From assembly GCA_963728205.1 (NCBI GenBank), contig CAVSIV010000006.1, positions 1,056,001-1,120,000 on the forward strand: a stretch of 64,000 nucleotides of DNA. Reading direction: 5' to 3'. Position numbers and translations under genes: made by a program. Below the pieces are notes generated by a model. It searched no databases and was not told the origin of the DNA. It was given only the letters and a program-made list of their open reading frames with translations. Origin of the DNA: an uncultured Chloroflexia bacterium (GTDB lineage Bacteria; Chloroflexota; Dehalococcoidia; UBA2979). Positions 49,071-61,243 of this stretch are shown piece after piece. Positions within the stretch are counted from its first letter, which is position 1; every line of letters starts with the position of its first letter.

Positions 49071-50292
49071 CTATCGGCCGGTTCCCGCGTCGTCGTTGCC
49101 GCGTTCGAACCAGAGCTCATAGGCGCGGTCGCCGCGCACGCAGCGATACCGGCCGGCGACCGGGCGCGGCAGCTCGCCGAGCGAGCCGGGGTGAGCGGCG
49201 GGCGACACGCGCATGGAGAGGTCCATGGTGTGCGGCTCGCCCTCGAGCGACCAGCGCATGAGCGCGGCGCGCGCGAAGTCCAGCGCCTCGTCGGAGCCGA
49301 GGACCTCGACGGTGCCGGGCGCACCGGGCGCGTCGCCACCGCTCGCGGCGCGCCAGCGCAGCGCCGAGGCGGGCGAGGTCACGAGCAGACGCCACGCCGC
49401 CGCACGCACGCCCAATCCACGTTCGAGCACGGACGCGAGCGGCGCCCCCTGGAGGGCGAGGTATGCGAGCGCGTCGAACCACCGGTCGCCGCCGGCGAGC
49501 GCCGGAAGGGCGACGGCCCGTCCCGCATCCCATCGCTTCGCGAGCGCCGCGACCTCGGGGCCGCCCGGGTCGACGTCGGCGGAGATCCGGCGGTTGTCGC
49601 CCAGCTCCGCCACGAAGCCGCGGCCGGACGCGCCGCGCAGCGGCATGAATCCGCCCGCGGCGGCGGCCAAGCTTGCGAGGTCGGCGCCGCGGCGCTCGAG
49701 CGCGACGACAACCTGGGTGCCATTCAGCCGGAACGGCAGCACGAGTCGGCCGCCGTCGCGCAGCTGCGACACCCACGCCCCCGGGATCTCCCACGCGCTG
49801 GCCGTCGCGATGATGCGGTCGAACGGTGCGCCGGCGGGATAACCGGCGGCGCCGTCGCCGGTGACGACCGCGACCGTCTCGGCGGCGCCGCCGAGCCCCG
49901 TCGCGAGGTGCGCGCGCGCTTCGTCGGCGACCGCCGGGTCAAGCTCGAGGCTCGTGACGCGCCCGGCGGAATCCGACGACAGCCGAGAGCAGCGCCGCGT
50001 TGTACCCGGTGCCGGCGCCGATCTCGAGAACCCGCTGCCGCGGTCGCGCGTCGAGCATGTCGAGCATGATCGCCATGATCCCGGGCTGCGAGGACGAGGA
50101 GGTCGGGTCGCCGTCCTCGCGGTGCGTGACGTACGCACGGTCGAGGTACACGTCCTCCAGGGGAAGGTCGCGGAGGAACGCCTCGCGCGGCACCGCGGCG
50201 AACGCAGCGGCGGTGGCGTCGCCGCGCAGCGCGCCCGTCGCTCGCAGCCGCGCGACGAGCGCCGCGCGCAGGGCCACGGAGTCGGAGGCCAC
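49071..50292 (-). CDS. pcm: Extended protein-L-isoaspartate O-methyltransferase-like protein (apparent +1 indel at ~49970)
   Basis: AVPREAFL, SSSSQP, VLEIGAGTGYNAA, then frame change to GRVTSLE, GDG..G....APFDRII. Confidence 0.8.
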
Positions 50293-50294
50293 GG

Positions 50295-50772
50295 TCAGCC
50301 GACGGAGACGACGCGGCCGCGCGCGACGTGCCGCAGCTGCCCGGGCGTGAGGCGGAGGAACGCCGCCGTCGTGCCGGCGGGACACCGAGATCGCGTCGAA
50401 CTCCATGAGGTCTTCGTCGATGAAGAGGCGACCGTCGTGCGCGAGCGGAAGCGGCGGCACGCCGCCCACCGGGTAGCCCGTCGTCCTCCGCACCCAGTCG
50501 GGATGTGCCAGCTCGACCGGTTCGCCGAGCAGCTCCGCGAGCACCGCGGCATCCACGCGATTCGACGCGCTGGCGACGACGAGCACCGGCCGCTCGGACT
50601 CGAGCGTGCGAAAGACCGCGGTCGTCGCGACGGCGCCGGCGGGGCTGCCGACCGCGGCGGCCACATCCGCGGCGGTGCGCGCCTGTGGCGTGAGCTCCAC
50701 GACCGATACGTCGACGTCGAGCGCCGCGAATTCGTCGCTGACCTGCTGCGCCGATGGCGAGAGCATGCTCAT
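50295..50772 (-). CDS. YbaK/EbsC family protein (apparent +1 indel at ~50380)
   Basis: [26 protein letters not shown]; C-terminus AGT....LTP in a shifted frame. Confidence 0.8.
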
Positions 50773-50788
50773 GGTCGAATCTCCGGCG

Positions 50789-51400
50789 CTAGTGCAGCTG
50801 CTCGATCCAGGCGTCGACCACACCGTCGCGGAACTCGAGGAAGCCGACCGTGCCGAGCTGCGTCTGCAGGTTGCGCGGGTAGGTCGGCGAGCCGGAGTTC
50901 ACGATCAGCAGCCCGCCGTCCGTGCGCCAGACGCCGGGCACGTGCGTGTCGCCGGCCACGACCACATCGACGGGGCCGCCGAAGTGGCGCTCCATCCGTT
51001 CCTCGTGTGTCGCGCCGCCCGGGTACGCCTGCTCCGGGAAGTCGTGCGTCATGCCGATGCGGACGCCGTCGACGTCGAGCAGCTGGTTGTAGGGCAGCCG
51101 CGGGTCGGCGGCCGGCGCGATCGGGCGACCGCTCGAACCATCGTCCCCGTTGCCGCGCACGCCGAGCACGGGCGCGACCTCCTGGAGCCAGTCGAGCACG
51201 ACGATGTCGTGCATGTCGCCGGCGTGCAGGATGAGATCGACGCCGCGAAAGACGGCGTAGACCTCGTCCCAGAGCGCGGAGCGCGACTCCGGGATGTGGG
51301 TATCGGAGACCAGGCCGACCAACAGATCGCCGGTGAACTCGTGGCGATCGAGCCAGCGTCGGTCGGTGATGTCGTCGGGGGCGGTCATGGTGCTCATCAC
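50789..51400 (-). CDS. YfcE-like metallophosphoesterase
   Basis: SDTH, HAGD, VRGNGD, TH, GDTHVP, NSGSPT. Confidence 0.9.
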   Translation of the reverse strand: MMSTMTAPDDITDRRWLDRHEFTGDLLVGLVSDTHIPESRSALWDEVYAVFRGVDLILHAGDMHDIVVLDWLQEVAPVLGVRGNGDDGSSGRPIAPAADPRLPYNQLLDVDGVRIGMTHDFPEQAYPGGATHEERMERHFGGPVDVVVAGDTHVPGVWRTDGGLLIVNSGSPTYPRNLQTQLGTVGFLEFRDGVVDAWIEQLH

Positions 51401-51544
51401 CCCCTACGGTACCGCAGGCCCTCGCCGGCGGACGAGGCCGCCCGCGCGCCACCCACACCTGTCGCGCACGGCCGGCGCCCCTCGGATGCTCCCCCGAGAT
51501 CGCGCTACAATGAACGGGAATCCGACCATACCCGCGGGAGTGAC

Positions 51545-52480
51545 ATGACCAGCAACGGCAATGGCAACGGCGCGCACGAGATGACCGGCGAGACGGCGAC
51601 CTGGACGGTGAAGGCCGGCCTCGCCCAGATGCTGAAGGGCGGCGTCATCATGGACGTCGTCACCGCCGACCACGCTCGCATCGCCGAGGAGGCCGGCGCC
51701 GTCGCCGTGATGGCGCTCGAGCGCGTCCCCTCGGACATCCGCGCCGCCGGCGGCGTGGCGCGCATGAGCGCGGTCGACCTGATCGAGTCGATCCAGGAGG
51801 CCGTGACGATCCCGGTGATGGCGAAGGCACGCATCGGGCACTTCGTCGAGGCGCAGATCCTCGAGGCGATCGGCATCGACTACATCGACGAGTCCGAGGT
51901 GCTGACGCCGGCGGACGACCAGAACCACATCAACAAGCACCCCTTCAAGGTGCCGTTCGTGTGCGGCTGCCGGAACCTGGGCGAGGCGCTGCGGCGCATC
52001 GGCGAGGGCGCGGCGATGATCCGCACGAAGGGCGAGGCCGGCACGGGCGACATCGTCGAGGCGGTGCGCCACATGCGCTCGCTGTGGGACGGGATTCGCC
52101 AGGTGCAGATCGCCCCGGAAGAGGAGCTGGCGACCATCGCGAAGAACCTGCAGGCGCCGCTGGCGCTCGTGCAGGAGGTGAAGAAGCTCGGGCGGCTGCC
52201 GGTCGTCAACTTCTCGGCGGGCGGCGTCGCCACGCCGGCCGACGCCGCGCTGATGATGCAGCTGGGAGCGGACGGGGTGTTTGTCGGCTCCGGCATCTTC
52301 AAGTCGTCCGAGAAGCAGGCCGAGCAGCTGAAGATGGCGACGGCCATCGTGAAGGCCGTGACGCACTTCCGCGATCCGGAGGCGCTGGCCGACGCGTCGC
52401 GCGGACTGACCGAGACGATGCGCGGGCAGTCCGTCGCACAGATGCCCGTGGCCGACCAGCTGGCGGGGCGCGGGAACTGA
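51545..52480 (+). CDS. pdxS: PLP synthase subunit PdxS
   Basis: [37 protein letters not shown]. Confidence 0.97.
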   Translation: MTSNGNGNGAHEMTGETATWTVKAGLAQMLKGGVIMDVVTADHARIAEEAGAVAVMALERVPSDIRAAGGVARMSAVDLIESIQEAVTIPVMAKARIGHFVEAQILEAIGIDYIDESEVLTPADDQNHINKHPFKVPFVCGCRNLGEALRRIGEGAAMIRTKGEAGTGDIVEAVRHMRSLWDGIRQVQIAPEEELATIAKNLQAPLALVQEVKKLGRLPVVNFSAGGVATPADAALMMQLGADGVFVGSGIFKSSEKQAEQLKMATAIVKAVTHFRDPEALADASRGLTETMRGQSVAQMPVADQLAGRGN

Positions 52481-52515
52481 ACCACGCCGCGATCTCCACG
52501 GGGAGCGCGCGCCCG

Positions 52516-53106
52516 GTGATCGGCGTGCTCGCGCTGCAGGGCGACTTCGAGGAGCACGAGACGGCGCTCGCCGCCTGCGGTGCAAGCGCCGTGCAGGTGC
52601 GCACGCTGGCGCAGCTCGATGCCGTCGATGGGCTGGTCATCCCGGGCGGCGAGAGCACGACCATCTCGCGTCTGCTGGTCGCGTTCGACCTGATGGAGCC
52701 GCTGCGCCGGCGCATTCGCGACGGGATGCCCGTGTGGGGCACCTGCGCCGGCGCGATCCTGCTCGCGAGCGATGTCCCGGGGCTGGACCGCTCTCCGATC
52801 GGCGTGATGGACATGACCGTGGAACGCAACGCCTTCGGCCGCCAGATCGCGTCGTTCGAGGCCGACCTCGACGTCACCGGGCTCGACGGTGGGCCGCTGC
52901 GCGCGGTGTTCATCCGCGCGCCGGTGATCACGCGCACGGGCGACGGCGTCGATGCGATCGCATGCCTGGCCGACGGCCGCGTCGTGGCCGTCCGCGAGGG
53001 CCGGCTGCTCGCAACGTGCTTCCACCCGGAGCTGACCGGTGACCGGCGGATGCACGCGCTGTTCGCGTCGATGGTGGTGGAGGCGGCACAGACGGAGGCG
53101 GCATGA
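52516..53106 (+). CDS. pdxT: PLP synthase glutaminase subunit PdxT
   Basis: [30 protein letters not shown]; start may be CTG 52477. Confidence 0.95.
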   Translation: MIGVLALQGDFEEHETALAACGASAVQVRTLAQLDAVDGLVIPGGESTTISRLLVAFDLMEPLRRRIRDGMPVWGTCAGAILLASDVPGLDRSPIGVMDMTVERNAFGRQIASFEADLDVTGLDGGPLRAVFIRAPVITRTGDGVDAIACLADGRVVAVREGRLLATCFHPELTGDRRMHALFASMVVEAAQTEAA

Positions 53107-54077
53107 GCGACACGCATGCCGCACGGCCGACCGACCTGGTCGCGCTCATGACCTTCGATGAGGAGGTGCGTGAGAATCAGGCGGTCACCCGGGAGCGCCT
53201 CGGCCGGGAGCCGGAGACGCCACGCCCGCTGAACGCCGCGCTCGAGGACTGGCTCGGTCTCGGACGACACACCTGGGTCACCGTGCGGGGGCGACAGGTG
53301 CACGGCATCGCGACCGCCCGCGAGCTGTCGGCGAAGACCGCGTGGCAGGTCGACGTCCTGATCGACGCGGGCGCGGACGCGGATGCGAGCGAGGTGCCGG
53401 AGGGCGACGTGCTCGGCGACCTGCTGCGCCAGGCGGCGCGCGCCGCCGAGCGGTCGCACGTCACGCACGTCTTGCTGCGCACGCCCGCGGAGTCGGCGGC
53501 CGTCGAGTCGGCGCTGCGCGCCGGCTTCGTGCGCGCGCTGCCCGAGCGGCTGTGGACCGGGGTGCTGCGCGGTTCTGGCGAAGTCGCCGCCGGCGCGGCG
53601 GCGGTGCGCCTCGCGACCGACGCCGACGAGATGGGCCTGTTCCAGCTCTACAGCCGCGCGCTGCCGATCGAGGCGCGGCAGGTGCTGGCGATGACGTTCG
53701 ACGAGTGGAAAGCGGTGCGTGAGCGTCGCTGGTGCGCGCACGGCGAGCTGCTGGTGGCTACGGCCGCCGATCGTGTCGTCGGCGCGCTGCAGCTCACGCG
53801 CGACGAACCGTCACCCCAGCTCGATCTCACCCTGCAGCCCGACGCCGACGGCGAGCGCGCGGGTGAGGCGTTGCTCGCGCAGGCGGCCGCGCAGCTCGAC
53901 GACGGCACACCGGTGCTCGCGCTTGCGCCGACCATCGCCGGCGCCACCGAGCAGATCCTCCGCCGGTTTGGGCTCGCGCCCGCCGACGAATTCATCCTCC
54001 TCGCCCGGCGCATCGCGCGCCCGGTGCGGGAGGCCGTCCCGCAGCGCGCCGGGGCGGCGGTACCCACCCGTGGCTAG
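53103..54077 (+). CDS. Hypothetical protein, probable tandem GNAT fold
   Basis: ATGA-coupled; two GNAT-like units ending in RAGF and RFGL. Confidence 0.65.
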   Translation: MSDTHAARPTDLVALMTFDEEVRENQAVTRERLGREPETPRPLNAALEDWLGLGRHTWVTVRGRQVHGIATARELSAKTAWQVDVLIDAGADADASEVPEGDVLGDLLRQAARAAERSHVTHVLLRTPAESAAVESALRAGFVRALPERLWTGVLRGSGEVAAGAAAVRLATDADEMGLFQLYSRALPIEARQVLAMTFDEWKAVRERRWCAHGELLVATAADRVVGALQLTRDEPSPQLDLTLQPDADGERAGEALLAQAAAQLDDGTPVLALAPTIAGATEQILRRFGLAPADEFILLARRIARPVREAVPQRAGAAVPTRG

Positions 54078-54105
54078 CCCGGTTTCGCGCGAGGACGACA
54101 CCCCA

Positions 54106-55710
54106 GTGCCGCCCGCGGAAACGGAGGTTGAGATTGACGTGCACGACGAGACCGCTCTCCTGATCGATGTGCTCCCGTCCCGGGTCGCCGGCGCCGTCCG
54201 CGAGCGCGGCGACGACGGCCTGATCGAGGTCATCCTCGACCTCGGCCGCGTCCCGACCGCTCGCTACATGAGCGGCGAGGTTGTGCTGGGCGAGCAGGAG
54301 GTCAGCGAGCAGGAGATCGAGCAGGTGGTCGCTCGCGTGTCGCAGTTCGGCGCGGACAACCGCGCCGGCATCCCTCGCACGCTGCACCGGATCTCCGCGA
54401 TCCGCAACCGCGCCGGCCGCATTGTCGGGCTGACGTGCCGCCTCGGGCGCAGCGTCTCGGGCTCGAGCAACGTCGTGCGGGACTTCATCGAGTCCGGCCG
54501 CAGCATCCTGCTGCTCGGCGCCCCGGGCGTCGGCAAGACGACGATGCTGCGCGACGTCGCGCGCATGCTCGCCGACGAGTTCGGCAAGCGCGTCGTGATC
54601 GTCGATACGTCGAACGAGATCGGCGGGGACGGCGACGTCCCGCACCCCGGCATCGGCCGCGCGCGGCGCATGCAGGTCGCGCGGCCCGACGTGCAGCACG
54701 AGGTGATGATCGAGGCGGTCGAGAACCACACGCCCGAGGTGATCGTGATCGACGAGATCGGCACCGCGCAGGAGGCCGACGCCGCGCGCACGATCGCCGA
54801 GCGCGGCGTGCAACTGGTGGGCACGGCGCACGGGAACCAGCTGTCGAACCTGATGCAGAACCCGACGCTGTCCGACCTGATCGGCGGCATCGAGTCGGTG
54901 ACGCTGTCCGACGAGGAGGCGCGCCGGCGCGGCACGCAGAAGACGGTGCTGGAGCGCCGCAACCCGCCGACGTTCGACACGCTCGTCGAGATCCAGTCGT
55001 TCTCGCGGGTCGCGGTGCACGAGGACGTGGCCAGCACGGTCGACGCGCTGCTGCGCGGCTACGAGGCCGAGGCGGAGGTGCGCGTCGTCGGCGACGGCGG
55101 CGACGTCGCGGTCGTCGAGCGGCTGCCGCTGGAGCCGGACATCGACGAGCCGCTGCGGTTCCACGACGAGCCGCGCCGGGCGCGCGAGGTGCCGCCGGCG
55201 CCGGCCGGTCCGCAGAAGCGCATCCTCCCGTTCGGGATCAGCCGCTCGCGGCTCGAGGCCGCGATCGAGGGCACGCGATCGGCAGCGACGATCGTCGACA
55301 GCGTGCGCGAGGCGGACGCGGTGATGACGCTGCGCCCGTACTACCGCCGCCGCAGCGGCCCGCTGAAGCAGGCCGAGGAGCGCGGCATCCCGGTGTATGT
55401 GCTGCGCAACAACACAACCTCGCAGATGGAGCGCCAGCTGATGGCCCTGCGCGGTGAGGGCGACGTCGAGGACGCGATGACCGCGGCGATGCGCGAGACC
55501 GAGGAGGCGATCGCGACGGTGACCTTTCGCGGCGCCGCGAGCGTGGAGTTGACGCCGCAGAACGCGTACATCCGCCGGCTGCAGCACGAGCTCGCGACGC
55601 GGCACGGGCTGCGCTCGGTGTCGAAGGGCCGCGAGCCGTTCCGGCGCGTGACGGTGCTTGCGAACGGGGCGCCGGTGGGCGTGCCGTGGGGCGAAGCGCA
55701 GCACCGGTGA
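54106..55710 (+). CDS. Ycf45/SpoIIIAA-like AAA ATPase with C-terminal R3H domain
   Basis: [55 protein letters not shown]. Confidence 0.9.
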   Translation: MPPAETEVEIDVHDETALLIDVLPSRVAGAVRERGDDGLIEVILDLGRVPTARYMSGEVVLGEQEVSEQEIEQVVARVSQFGADNRAGIPRTLHRISAIRNRAGRIVGLTCRLGRSVSGSSNVVRDFIESGRSILLLGAPGVGKTTMLRDVARMLADEFGKRVVIVDTSNEIGGDGDVPHPGIGRARRMQVARPDVQHEVMIEAVENHTPEVIVIDEIGTAQEADAARTIAERGVQLVGTAHGNQLSNLMQNPTLSDLIGGIESVTLSDEEARRRGTQKTVLERRNPPTFDTLVEIQSFSRVAVHEDVASTVDALLRGYEAEAEVRVVGDGGDVAVVERLPLEPDIDEPLRFHDEPRRAREVPPAPAGPQKRILPFGISRSRLEAAIEGTRSAATIVDSVREADAVMTLRPYYRRRSGPLKQAEERGIPVYVLRNNTTSQMERQLMALRGEGDVEDAMTAAMRETEEAIATVTFRGAASVELTPQNAYIRRLQHELATRHGLRSVSKGREPFRRVTVLANGAPVGVPWGEAQHR

Positions 55711-56354
55711 GCGGCGAGCCCGCCGTGGGGCCGCCCGGCGCCTTCGTCACGCTCGAGGGCGGCGAGGGTGCCGGCAAGTCCACCCAGCTCGAGGCGATCA
55801 CGCGGCTCGCCGCCGGTGCGGGACACGAAGTCGTGACGTGCCGCGAGCCGGGCGGCACGCCGCTCGGCGAGGCGCTGCGCGACGTGCTCTTCGCCGACCG
55901 CGGCGACCCGCCGACGCCGTTCGCCGAGCTGTTGATCTTCGGCGCGGCGCGGGCGCAGCTCGTCGCGGAGGTGATCCGTCCGGCGCTGGCGCGCGGCGCA
56001 CTCGTGCTCTGCGACCGCTACGCCGACTCCACCGTCGCCTACCAGCACCACGGCCGCGGACTCGACGCCGCGCGCGTGCGCGCGGTCAACGACGTCGCGA
56101 CCGACGGCCTGTGGCCGGACCTCACCGTGCTGCTGGACCTCGATCCGAAGGATGGCTTCGCGCGCGGTGAGCGCGGCGGCGACTACCTCGAGCGCGAGAC
56201 GCTCGCGTTCCACCGCCGCGTGCGCGCGGGGTTCCTGGAGCTGGCGGCGGCGGAGCCCCGGCGATGGCTCGTCCTGGATGCGACGAAGCCCGCGATGCAG
56301 ATCACACACGCCGCGTGGTCGCGCATCGACACGCTGCTGCGCGCGCGCGCGTGA
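55707..56354 (+). CDS. tmk: Thymidylate kinase
   Basis: [30 protein letters not shown]. Confidence 0.95.
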   Translation: MSGEPAVGPPGAFVTLEGGEGAGKSTQLEAITRLAAGAGHEVVTCREPGGTPLGEALRDVLFADRGDPPTPFAELLIFGAARAQLVAEVIRPALARGALVLCDRYADSTVAYQHHGRGLDAARVRAVNDVATDGLWPDLTVLLDLDPKDGFARGERGGDYLERETLAFHRRVRAGFLELAAAEPRRWLVLDATKPAMQITHAAWSRIDTLLRARA

Positions 56355-56561
56355 GCGCGGACGCAGTCCAACCTGCCCGCCGATCCTCCCGCGACACGCC
56401 CGCCGCCGGGCCGCTCACCCCGGTCTCGCCGTGACCGAGGTCGGCGGCTCGCGGCGGCTCGATGCCATCGAGAGGAACGGCGCGCCGCAGCTGGCGCCAC
56501 GACCGCGCCCCTGAGCGGGCGCGCGTGACGGCGCTCCTATCCTCGATCCGAGGGGGTGCCC

Positions 56562-57509
56562 ATGCCGTCGGCGGAGGAGCGCGAGTCCCCGGTCGCGATC
56601 ATCGCCGCCCTGCTGGGCAACCTCGGCGTCGCGATCGCGAAAGGCATCGCCGCCGTGCTCACCGGCTCCGGCGCGCTGCTCGCCGAGACCGCGCACTCGA
56701 TCGCGGATTCCGTGAACGAGGGTCTCCTGTACTTCGGTGTCCGCCAGAGCGAACGGCCGCCCACGAACGCGCACCCGTTCGGCTTCGGCAAGGAACGCTA
56801 CTTCTGGTCGCTGGTCGTCGCGCTTTCGCTGTTCGTCGCCGGCGGGATCTTCTCGCTGCTCGAGATGTGGGAACGCCTGCACACGAGCCATGAGGTAGGC
56901 GACCCCACCGTCGGGTTTGTGGTGCTCGGAGTCGCGTTGCTGTTCGAGTCCGCTTCGCTGGGGGTTGCGCTGCGCCAGGCGCGCAACCGCGCGCGAGCGA
57001 TGGACGTGACGGTCGCGCGATACGTCCGCGATCACGACGATCCGGCCGTGCGCGTGGTGCTGCTCGAGGACAGTGCGGCGGTGCTGGGACTGGCGTTCGC
57101 CGCGGCAGGGCTTGCGCTCTCCGTGCTCACGGGTAACCACCGCTGGGACGCCATCGCGAGCGGGCTGATCGGCGTCGAGCTGATCGTGGTTGCGCTGTTC
57201 CTCGCCGCGGACGCGCGCGCCTTCCTGATCGGCGAGGCGGCTCCGCAGGCGGTGGAGGACGACATGCGCCAGGTGCTGGAGCGGCACGAGGACGTCGAGC
57301 GCGTGATGCAGCTGCTCACGATGCGGGTGGGCGCGCGCCGCCTGCTTGTGGTTTCGCGCCTTTCCGTTCGCGACGACCTGGCGGGCGGCGAGATCGAGCG
57401 GCTGCTGGTCTCGCTGCGCGGGCATCTCATCGACGAGTTCCCGCGGATCTCGGAGGCGTTCCTCGAGGTGAACCCATCTGCCCGCCGTAGCGGCGGCGCC
57501 CGTCGGTAG
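56562..57509 (+). CDS. Cation diffusion facilitator family transporter
   Basis: AETAHSIAD, HPFGFGKERYFW, LLEDSAA, WD. Confidence 0.92.
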   Translation: MPSAEERESPVAIIAALLGNLGVAIAKGIAAVLTGSGALLAETAHSIADSVNEGLLYFGVRQSERPPTNAHPFGFGKERYFWSLVVALSLFVAGGIFSLLEMWERLHTSHEVGDPTVGFVVLGVALLFESASLGVALRQARNRARAMDVTVARYVRDHDDPAVRVVLLEDSAAVLGLAFAAAGLALSVLTGNHRWDAIASGLIGVELIVVALFLAADARAFLIGEAAPQAVEDDMRQVLERHEDVERVMQLLTMRVGARRLLVVSRLSVRDDLAGGEIERLLVSLRGHLIDEFPRISEAFLEVNPSARRSGGARR

Positions 57510-57515
57510 CACGCG

Positions 57516-57546
57516 ACGAGGCCCCGCTCGGGGAGCGGGGCCTCGT
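57516..57546. terminator. Bidirectional hairpin terminator
   Basis: ACGAGGCCCCGCTC-GGG-GAGCGGGGCCTCGT between convergent genes. Confidence 0.75.
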
Positions 57547-57569
57547 TGCGTTCGGCCTCGAGCGAGAGC

Positions 57570-58746
57570 CTACGAGACGCGCTCGAAGATGCTCGCGATG
57601 CCCTGGCCGCCGCCGATGCACAGCGAGACGAGGCCGTAGCGGCCGCCGGTGCGCTCGAGCTCGTACATCGTCTTCACGGCCAGGATCGTGCCCGTCGCGC
57701 CGACCGGGTGGCCGAGCGCGATGGCGCCGCCGTTGGGGTTGGTCTTGTCGGCCGGGAGGTCGAGCGCGGTCGAGCAGGCCGCAGCCACCGACGCGAAGGC
57801 TTCGTTCAGCTCGATCACGTCCATGTCGTTGACCGAGAGGTTGGCCTTCTTCATCACGTTCTGGATCGCCGGGATCGGGCCGGAGCCCATGATTCGAGGG
57901 CTCGACGCCGGCCTCGGCGCGCGCGACGAGGCGCATCTTCGGCTTGATGCCCAGCTCGGCGGCCTTCGCGGCGGACATGAGCACCACCGCGGCGGCGCCG
58001 TCGTTGATGCCGGAGGAGTTACCGGCCGTCACGGAGCCGTCGGACTTGAACGCGGGGCGCAGCTTCGCGAGCGCTTCCGGGGACGTCTTGCGCGGGTGCT
58101 CGTCGGTGTCGAAGGTGACGGTCTCGCGGCCCTTCTTAACGTCGATCGGCGCGATCTGGTCCTTGAAGTAGCCGGCCTCGATCGCGGCCGCGGCGCGCTC
58201 CTGCGAGCGGATCGAGTACTCGTCCTGGACGCCGCGGGAGACCTCGTATCGCTCGGCGAGGTTCTCCGCGGTGATGCCCATCGGAATGTTCTCGAACGGG
58301 TCGGTCACCAGGTCCTGCGTGCCGTCCTCGAGGACGCCGTCGCCGTAGCGGTAGCCGTAGCGCGCCTTGCGCACGTAGTACGGCATGAGGCTCATGTTCT
58401 CGGCGCCGCCGGCCACGATGATCTCGGCGTCGCCGGTCTGGATCCAGCGCGCCGCGGTGTTGATCGCCTCGAGGCCGGAGCCGCAGATGCGGTTCACGGT
58501 GTAGGCAGGGGTGCCGATCGGCATGCCGGCCTTCACGGACGCGTGACGGGCGATGTAGCCGTCCTCCGCGACCTGGCCGACGCAGCCCAGGATGACCTGG
58601 TCGATCTGCTCGGGCTTGAGGCCGGCGCGGGCGACCGCCTCCTTGATGACGTGAGCCGCGAGGTCGGAGGCCGGGGTCTCGCTGAGCGAGCCGCCGAATG
58701 CCCCGATCGCCGTACGGCATCCACTGACCAGGACGACATCTTCCAT
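57570..58746 (-). CDS. Acetyl-CoA acetyltransferase (thiolase); apparent +1 indel at ~57894
   Basis: NRICGSG, TAGNSSGINDGA, then frame change to ELNEAF, GHPVGATG, LCIGGGQG. Confidence 0.9.
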
Positions 58747-58941
58747 GCGAAACCTCCCCCTCCGAGCGGCCCCCGCCTCGGGGAATCGCCGGGTGCGAAC
58801 TGGAACGTAACGTGGCCCGCGCAGTATAGCGGACCACCGGTTGAACCCAACCGGCCGGGACGCGGCGGACGCGCCGCGAGGCCGCGAGGCCGCGACGGCG
58901 CCGGCTCGATCGCCCCTCTGAACGCACCTAGACTGTCGAAC

Positions 58942-59853
58942 ATGTCCCACCGCGCCGTCACCGTGCAGGTCCCCGCGACGTCGGCGAACCTCGGCCCGGG
59001 GTTCGACAGCCTGGGTGTGGCGCTCGACTGGATCGCGCGCATCACCGTGATCGCCACCGACGCTCCGCAGCCGGAGCCCGCCGGACCGATCGAGGCGATG
59101 GCCGCGTCGGCGGCCGCAGCGGTGTACCGGTTCGCCGGGCAGGAGCCGCCGGCCGGGCTGACGGCCACCTACGAGGGCGACATGCCGGTGGGCCGCGGCC
59201 TCGGCACCTCCGCGTCGGCGCGGGTCGCCGGCGTGGTCGCGGCGGACGCCCTGCTGGGCGGCGGGCACACGCTCGAGGAGCTGCTCCCGCTCGCGGTGCA
59301 GCTCGAGGGCCACGGCGACAACGCGACGCCGGCGATGTTCGGCGGCCTCCAGGTGGTGGTCGACGACGACGGCGGCCTTGTGCACCTGCGCGTCGAGACG
59401 CCGGGGGACCTCCGCCTCGCGCTCGTGATCCCCGACTTCGCGATGCCGACGCACGAGTCGCGACAGCGGCTCCCGGAGCGGCTCACGCGCAACCAGGCGG
59501 TGCACAACATCGGCCGCGCCGCGCTGCTCATCGGCGCGCTGACCAGCGGCCGCTATGAGCTGCTCGGGACGGCGACCGAGGACGTGATGCACCAGCCGGC
59601 GCGCGCGTCGCTGTTCCCGGCGATGCTCCCGATCTTCCAGGCGGCGCGCGACGCGGGCGCATACGGCGTCTACCTCTCGGGGGGCGGCTCGACGGTGGCC
59701 GCGTTCACGGACGCCGCGCGCGGCGAGGATGTGGCGGGCGCGATGCGCACCGCAGCGGCGGCGCACGGCCTCACCGCCGACACGCGCGTGTGCGCGATGC
59801 GTGCCGAGGGCGTCTCAGTCGTGGAGAGCGCGAACGAGGAAGCGGCGTCGTGA
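58942..59853 (+). CDS. thrB: Homoserine kinase
   Basis: PATSANLGPGFD, PVGRGLGTSA, EGHGDN, LSGGGST. Confidence 0.95.
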   Translation: MSHRAVTVQVPATSANLGPGFDSLGVALDWIARITVIATDAPQPEPAGPIEAMAASAAAAVYRFAGQEPPAGLTATYEGDMPVGRGLGTSASARVAGVVAADALLGGGHTLEELLPLAVQLEGHGDNATPAMFGGLQVVVDDDGGLVHLRVETPGDLRLALVIPDFAMPTHESRQRLPERLTRNQAVHNIGRAALLIGALTSGRYELLGTATEDVMHQPARASLFPAMLPIFQAARDAGAYGVYLSGGGSTVAAFTDAARGEDVAGAMRTAAAAHGLTADTRVCAMRAEGVSVVESANEEAAS

Positions 59854-61097
59854 CGCGGGTCGTGCAGAAGTACGGCGGCTCGTCGGTGGCGACGGCGGCA
59901 CACATCAAACGCGTCGCGCAACGCATCCGCGAGCGTCACGACGCCGGCGACGAGGTCGTCGTGAGCGTCTCCGCCATGGGCGACACGACGGACGACCTGC
60001 TGCAGCTCGCGGGCAAGGTCACGGAACACCCACCGGCGCGCGAGCTCGACGCGCTGCTGTCGACGGGCGAGCTCGTGTCGAGCGCGCTCCTGTCGATGGC
60101 GCTGCACGACCTCGGCGTCGACGCGGTGAGCCTGTCCGGGCCGCAGGCCGGCATCCGTACCGACTCCGTGTACCGCAAGGCGCGGATCGCCGGCATCGAC
60201 ACGTCGCGCATGGAGCGCGAGCTGGCGGCCGGGCGCGTCGTGATCGTCGCCGGCTTCCAGGGGCTCGCCGAGAACCTCGATGTGACGACGCTCGGCCGCG
60301 GCGCGAGCGATACCACCGCCGTCGCGCTGGCGGCCGCGCTGCATGCCAACACGTGCGAGATCTACACGGACGTGGCCGGCGTCTATACAGCCGACCCGCG
60401 TGTATGTCCCGAGGCGCGGCCGCTCGCCGACGTCGGCTACGAGGAGATGCTGGAGATGGCGACGACCGGGGCGCGCGTGATGCACGCGCGGGCGGTCGAA
60501 CTGGGCGCGGTGTACGGCGTCGACATCCTGGTGAAGAGCAGCTTCGACACCGCGGCGCCCGGCACGCTGATCCACAGGGAGACGACGATGGAACTCGGCA
60601 ACAAGGTCCGCGGCATCGCGCACCAGGACCGCATCGCGAAGGTCACGGTACGCGGCGTGCCCGACCGGCCCGGGATCGCGGCGCAGATCTTCGAGCCGCT
60701 CGCGGCCGCGAACGTGTCGGTGGACACGATCGTCCAGAACGCGAGCGTGGAGCAGCTCACCGACCTCACGTTCACGGTCGCTCCGGACGACCTCGGAGCG
60801 GCGCTGGAGGTGATCGAAGGGCTGCGCGCGGAGATCCGCGCATCGGACGTTGTCACGGCGTCGAACCTGGGGACCGTGTCCGTGATCGGGACGGGCATGC
60901 AGAGCGCGCCCGGGTACGCGGCGCAGATGTTCCGAACGCTGTTCGACCACGGCATCAACATCGACATGATCAGCACGTCGGACATCCGCATCACGTGCGT
61001 CGTGGCGTCCGAGCACGTCGCCGACGCCGTGCGTGCGCTCCACGCCGCGTTCGAGCTGGACCGGGCGCCGGAGCAGGTGGGGAACCCCGCGTCGTAG
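59850..61097 (+). CDS. lysC: Aspartate kinase
   Basis: VQKYGGSSV, TLGRGASD, DVAGVYTADPR, two ACT domains. Confidence 0.95.
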   Translation: MTRVVQKYGGSSVATAAHIKRVAQRIRERHDAGDEVVVSVSAMGDTTDDLLQLAGKVTEHPPARELDALLSTGELVSSALLSMALHDLGVDAVSLSGPQAGIRTDSVYRKARIAGIDTSRMERELAAGRVVIVAGFQGLAENLDVTTLGRGASDTTAVALAAALHANTCEIYTDVAGVYTADPRVCPEARPLADVGYEEMLEMATTGARVMHARAVELGAVYGVDILVKSSFDTAAPGTLIHRETTMELGNKVRGIAHQDRIAKVTVRGVPDRPGIAAQIFEPLAAANVSVDTIVQNASVEQLTDLTFTVAPDDLGAALEVIEGLRAEIRASDVVTASNLGTVSVIGTGMQSAPGYAAQMFRTLFDHGINIDMISTSDIRITCVVASEHVADAVRALHAAFELDRAPEQVGNPAS

Positions 61098-61243
61098 GTG
61101 GCGGTCGCGTGCGGGGCCGCCCGGAGGTGTGCTAGTCTGCGCGGGCGGACTCGTACGTCCGTTCGCGCAGATACATAAGCCGATTCGCCGATTGCCGGCC
61201 CACGCTCCGGGTCGCGCGGCGGGTCCCGGGATCCCGGCCGCGC

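Noticed and set aside
49939-50823. Apparent YbaK-methyltransferase fusion ORF
   Set aside because: Created by +1 indels at ~50380 and ~49970; correction gives two normal adjacent genes.
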